Assembly (NCBI GenBank): GCA_003971905.1
Contig: RSEE01000086.1
Location: 124,001-188,000, forward strand
DNA length: 64,000 nucleotides
Origin: Moniliella sp. 'wahieum'
Taxonomy: Eukaryota
Reading direction: 5' to 3'
The notes below the pieces were generated by a model. The model was given only the letters and a program-made list of their open reading frames with translations. It was not told the DNA's origin and made no database searches. This document shows positions 60,401 through 64,000 of the stretch, piece by piece. Made by a program: the position numbers and the translations under genes. How positions within the stretch are numbered: the first letter of the stretch is position 1; each line of letters opens with the position of its first letter.

Positions 60401-62140
60401 GCAGGGACCGACTGGCTCGGTGTTTGGCTTACGCTGAGGACGCGATCCAGATGTGAGGACAGTGCAGACTCGGACTGGTGCCGTTCGGTCTCGGCAGGGG
60501 CGGAGGGATTCAGATTGTTGCAAGTGATGGGAGACGTGCGACTTGAACGTTGCCTGTGACGGGGAGTGGGCTACGTGGGGGGCGGAGGAGGCGGAAGACG
60601 GCCCCATCCAGGTGAATCGGGCGGGACAGGGTTGGGTGGAAGGTTCCGGCCACATAGGGATGGAATCCTGTATCATGCACAGAGGGCGAGCTGATCGGCG
60701 TTGACGCCTCGGGTGGGATGAGAGAAGTATGGGGGAGAGGTGGATGGCGTTCCCTCTCGGGGTTGGTCACCTTCAGTTGGCCACCAGCGCGGCAGGGGCA
60801 GGTGGGGGCATAGCAGGTCCGTGCGCCCGGAGAGGAGGTAGGGCAAGAGGGAATAGCAGCGGGCCAAGCTGGGGAAGACAGCGTGCGGGGGTGTTCGGGC
60901 TCCAAGGTGGTGCCGGCGATGACATAGGGGGCACAAACCAGAGGTCGTGGGGGTCTTGCCTCCTCTCCTCGCCCAATGGCATCCATTGAAACTGGGCAGC
61001 CAGCAGATGGTCTGCGATCTGGCGCTCATCGGTGATCCTCGACACGACAAAGTTTTCGCCCTGGAGGGCGGAAGCGAGGATAATGGCCATGCGTCGGCCC
61101 GCTTCTTGGATGGTTGTTTCGTTGCGGGGGCCGGCGGGGCTGCCGTCTAGGCTGAAGCAAACATTGGGAGGGACAGCAGCATAGATGGTGCGGATGCGAG
61201 GCAAGATGAGTGCAAAATGGCGTCGCCGAGCTGGACGGGGGTAAATGAGTGCCCGGGGGTAAAACTGAAGGTGACGAGTTGGTAGGCCAAGGACGATAGA
61301 AGGCTTGGAACGATGCGGGGGCGTGGGGATGGTATGACGGCAGGCGCCGAGGCCGGGGAAGAGAGCGGGGCGGGGCGTGGCAAGGAGGGGCGGAGGGAGG
61401 AGGGGGCGGAAGGCCGCTGATACGGAGAGGGCAGCCGGATGAGGAGGGCGCATGGGCTGCTGCGTCTGGGGTTGGGGGAGCGGGGGCGGAACCGGGGCGG
61501 GAGTGGGGCCGGGAGCGGAGACGCAAGCGGAGCCGCCAGCGGAAGCGAGGGCCGAGGCGGGTGTGGGTGTGGGCGCGGAGGCTGCGGCAGGGGCGGTGGG
61601 CGCGGGCCAGCGGGGAGGAGTTGGGGTGGGGCGGGTACGCATAGGGGGATGCGCTGGGCCGTAGGCGTGGTCGAAGGGCGTGGGCGTGGGCGTGGGCAGG
61701 CCGGAGGGGTGGGGCGGGGGCCCGGGGCAGAGGGGTGGCGGGCAGGGAGCGGGGTGCGGTGGGGGGGTGCGGCTGGCGGGAGGGGCGGGGGCGGCGGGGC
61801 ATGCGGGTATGCGGGCTGGGCGTGGGTGGAGGTGGGGCGGGAGGTGGGGCGGGATGGGGAGCGGCGGGGGCGGCGGCTGGGCGTGGCGCAGCGGCGCGTA
61901 GTAGGCGTGGGCAGAGGCGGGCGCGGGCGAGGGTGGAGGGCGGCGGCGACGGCGGGGGATGGGGTCGTGGTAGGCGTAGGCGGCCTCGGCGGAGGCGAGC
62001 ATGGCGGGTGGGGGCGTGGGCATGGCGGCGGGGGTTGTGCATGGCGGCGGCGGTGGGCTGCTGGGGGCTGCGGGTGAGTCTGGTGAGTACTCAGACCGAG
62101 TGTTAGGAGCCCCCCAATCCCACCGCGCTGTGGCGGCCAT
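57491..62140 (-). CDS. Rho GEF with DH-PH-CNH architecture (Tus1/Rom2/Rgf family), Pro-rich N-terminus
   Basis: DH start RQNMLYEFCYYHASFVADLRLL; PH-like LRIVVTDSYLLILE; CNH AVAGRIGVW, QVLHAPNV, FRWEGEPESVVLHGHYLIGISPRLIEIR; intron ending CTAG at ~61147. Start codon tentative. Confidence 0.85.
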
Positions 62141-62313
62141 TGTGGGCGTGAGCCCTCGTCCTGCTCCTCTGCTTTGCTCCCTCCCGTGGCGCTGACGTAC
62201 GCGGCGCCGCTAGGGTTGGGCGTGCGGCTGCTTCCGCGCTGCATGCATCACAGCGTGCATCTGCCCGTGGCTTGGCACGTGCTAATCCTATTGGCATCCT
62301 CCTTGGACACATA

Positions 62314-62500
62314 TCCTTCCTTCCTTTCCTTTCCTTTCCTTTCCTTTCCTTTCCTTTTTCCTTTCCTTTTCCTTTCCTTTCCTTCCTTTCCTTTCCTTTC
62401 CTTTCCTTTCCTTTCCTTTCCTTTCCTTTCCTTCCTTTCCTTTCCTTTCCTTTCCTTTCCTTTCCTTTCCTTTCCTTTCCTTTCCTTCCTTTCCTTTCCT
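62314..62500. repeat. (TTTCC)n pure pyrimidine microsatellite, ~187 bp
   Basis: Direct reading. Confidence 0.97.
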
Positions 62501-62553
62501 AAACGTAGCGCGCACGGTCTGTGCCCCCCCGAAAAAGAAATAGCCAAACGACT

Positions 62554-64000
62554 TCAATCGACAAAGGTAGAGCATAGATGACATGAGGGAGGAGAAGGGG
62601 TATGGCGCGTAAAGGCACCAGAGATGGGGGCTAGCTCAGAGCGAATCGGAACTGGGGAAATTGAAGGGCGAGTGCTGCGACAGCCGAAACGCCGGGGGCA
62701 CGCCCATTGACCCTTCGGGCGCAAACAGCCGTTCCGACGGAGTGGGAGAGGAGGCGCGACTGCCTTCCGAGGGCGCGTACAGCGCACTCGCACGCGGTTG
62801 CACAAGACTGCTTTGGCGACCCGTTAGCCATACCAGCTCCGGCGGCTCCAGCCAGCAGCACACTGGGGGATCATCATGCGCGCATGAGGGACCGACAGAC
62901 GACGCGCACCGACGCTGACGTTCGCACAGACTGAACCGATGGTGCATGGTACGATACAGGCCGTTCTTCTTCCCGCCTTCGTACGCGCGCTTCCTGTCCC
63001 GAATACGGACGGGCTTGCGAACTAGGCACTGGCATGCGCGCCCGCGCGACCGCCATCGTTGCCTCCTCTGCACCACTCTCGAAAGGAGACACGGCAGTTG
63101 TCGGCGAAGACACGGCCACCGTTTGCCCCAGGGATCCGGCGCCGGCGCAGCAGGCGGACTGTAGAGCGCCTCGTACGCCGACGGGGTACGACCGGCGGGG
63201 CAGGGGGTAAAGGACGTCCTGACGGGGTACGACTGGGTGCCTTGTTGTTGGAGAGTGGATGACTGGCGGGACGAGACAGGCAGAATGCGACCGGGGAGGA
63301 AGGAGTCGGGTGAGGGAGCGGGCCGAGTGCATTGAGGTGAGGGTGAGCGATAGGAGGCTGGAGCCACGAGGGCGGATTTTCCTCCTCTTGCTCGACGGGT
63401 TGAGGGGCTGTGCGCTCCTGTTGAGTAGCAAAGGGGTCCACCAACGACTCGGTCCCGACGGACAGAGCAGTAGGCCGTTTTTCGCTTCCGCTGGGAGTGC
63501 GTTCAGTTATGAAGTCAACCACCCGCTCTCACGTCGGTTGCGAAGGGCCAGGCTGGTCACGAAGGCCTACCCCAGCGGCTGCCGAAGCTTGAACACCTCT
63601 TGGACCGACTGCGTCTCTGCCTCAGGTTCGGACACCAACTCCTCTGGCCCCGCGACGCGGTCCGCTGCGTGTCCTCCAAATGGGCGAGGTGGCCGCTGGC
63701 TCACTTGTCCTGCTCGTCATGCCGGTGGGAACGGGGGTAGCACGGGTTCAGGCGCAGGGATCCGTGCCGAAGCCAGCCAACTCGCTTCGTCCTCCGTTGG
63801 GACATGGCGGGCGATTCGGGCTCGGTTGGACACGGCGTGGAAGCGCGGTCTCCCGTTCCCGCTTGATACTTCGCCCTGCCGCGGAAGTTGTGCAGGTTGC
63901 GCACCGAGCTGCTTTGCACCGCAGTGTACTTGTCCATGCTAGGCAGCTGCGCTGGCTCAGGCTCTCAATAGGGACCAGGACGAGTGCATGCTGCTCAGTT
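62554..64000 (-). CDS. 3' portion of a hypothetical low-complexity protein running in from beyond the window
   Basis: Overlapping P/S/Q-rich minus-strand ORFs with coding-like GC; no recognisable domain. Confidence 0.4.

Noticed and set aside
61320..62070. Extreme G-rich tract (G-quadruplex or Gly-rich plus-strand ORFs)
   Set aside because: Antisense of the Pro-rich N-terminal coding region of the Rho GEF.
5897..62140. Functional polarity cluster (Sec1, striatin, Rho GEF, PH-like giant)
   Set aside because: Interspersed with unrelated metabolic genes; co-location is compatible with chance.
62174..62584. ORFs with FPFLS or KGKER repeats
   Set aside because: Translations of the (TTTCC)n microsatellite.

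Overview
Eukaryotic, fungal DNA (basidiomycete, most likely Ustilaginomycotina-like, judged from the PEPCK/Sec1/striatin sequences and short GT..AG introns). Nearly every gene, including essential ones, is broken by single-base indels, which points to an unpolished long-read assembly, so gene coordinates are reconstructed spans. Left gene-dense, GC-rich arm (1-36 kb): ATP-dependent PEPCK with an apparent C-terminal membrane tail, a small secreted protein, a TPT-family nucleotide-sugar transporter, Sec1, TAF6, striatin, an aquaglyceroporin, an M18 aspartyl aminopeptidase, a ~12.3 kb giant low-complexity gene with a PH-like module, and a coiled-coil hypothetical gene. Centre (~36.1-54.9 kb): a ~19 kb block with no recognisable host gene and visibly lower GC, holding a full-length but decayed Ty3/gypsy element (both LTRs) and two solo LTRs with perfect 5-bp TSDs; this is a candidate regional centromere. 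Right arm: a secreted type-B carboxylesterase, a DH-PH-CNH Rho GEF, a (TTTCC)n tract and the 3' part of another gene. Non-coding DNA repeatedly shows 7-bp-period tandems built from 6-bp palindromes, and a TGAACGTTCA palindrome in divergent promoters.
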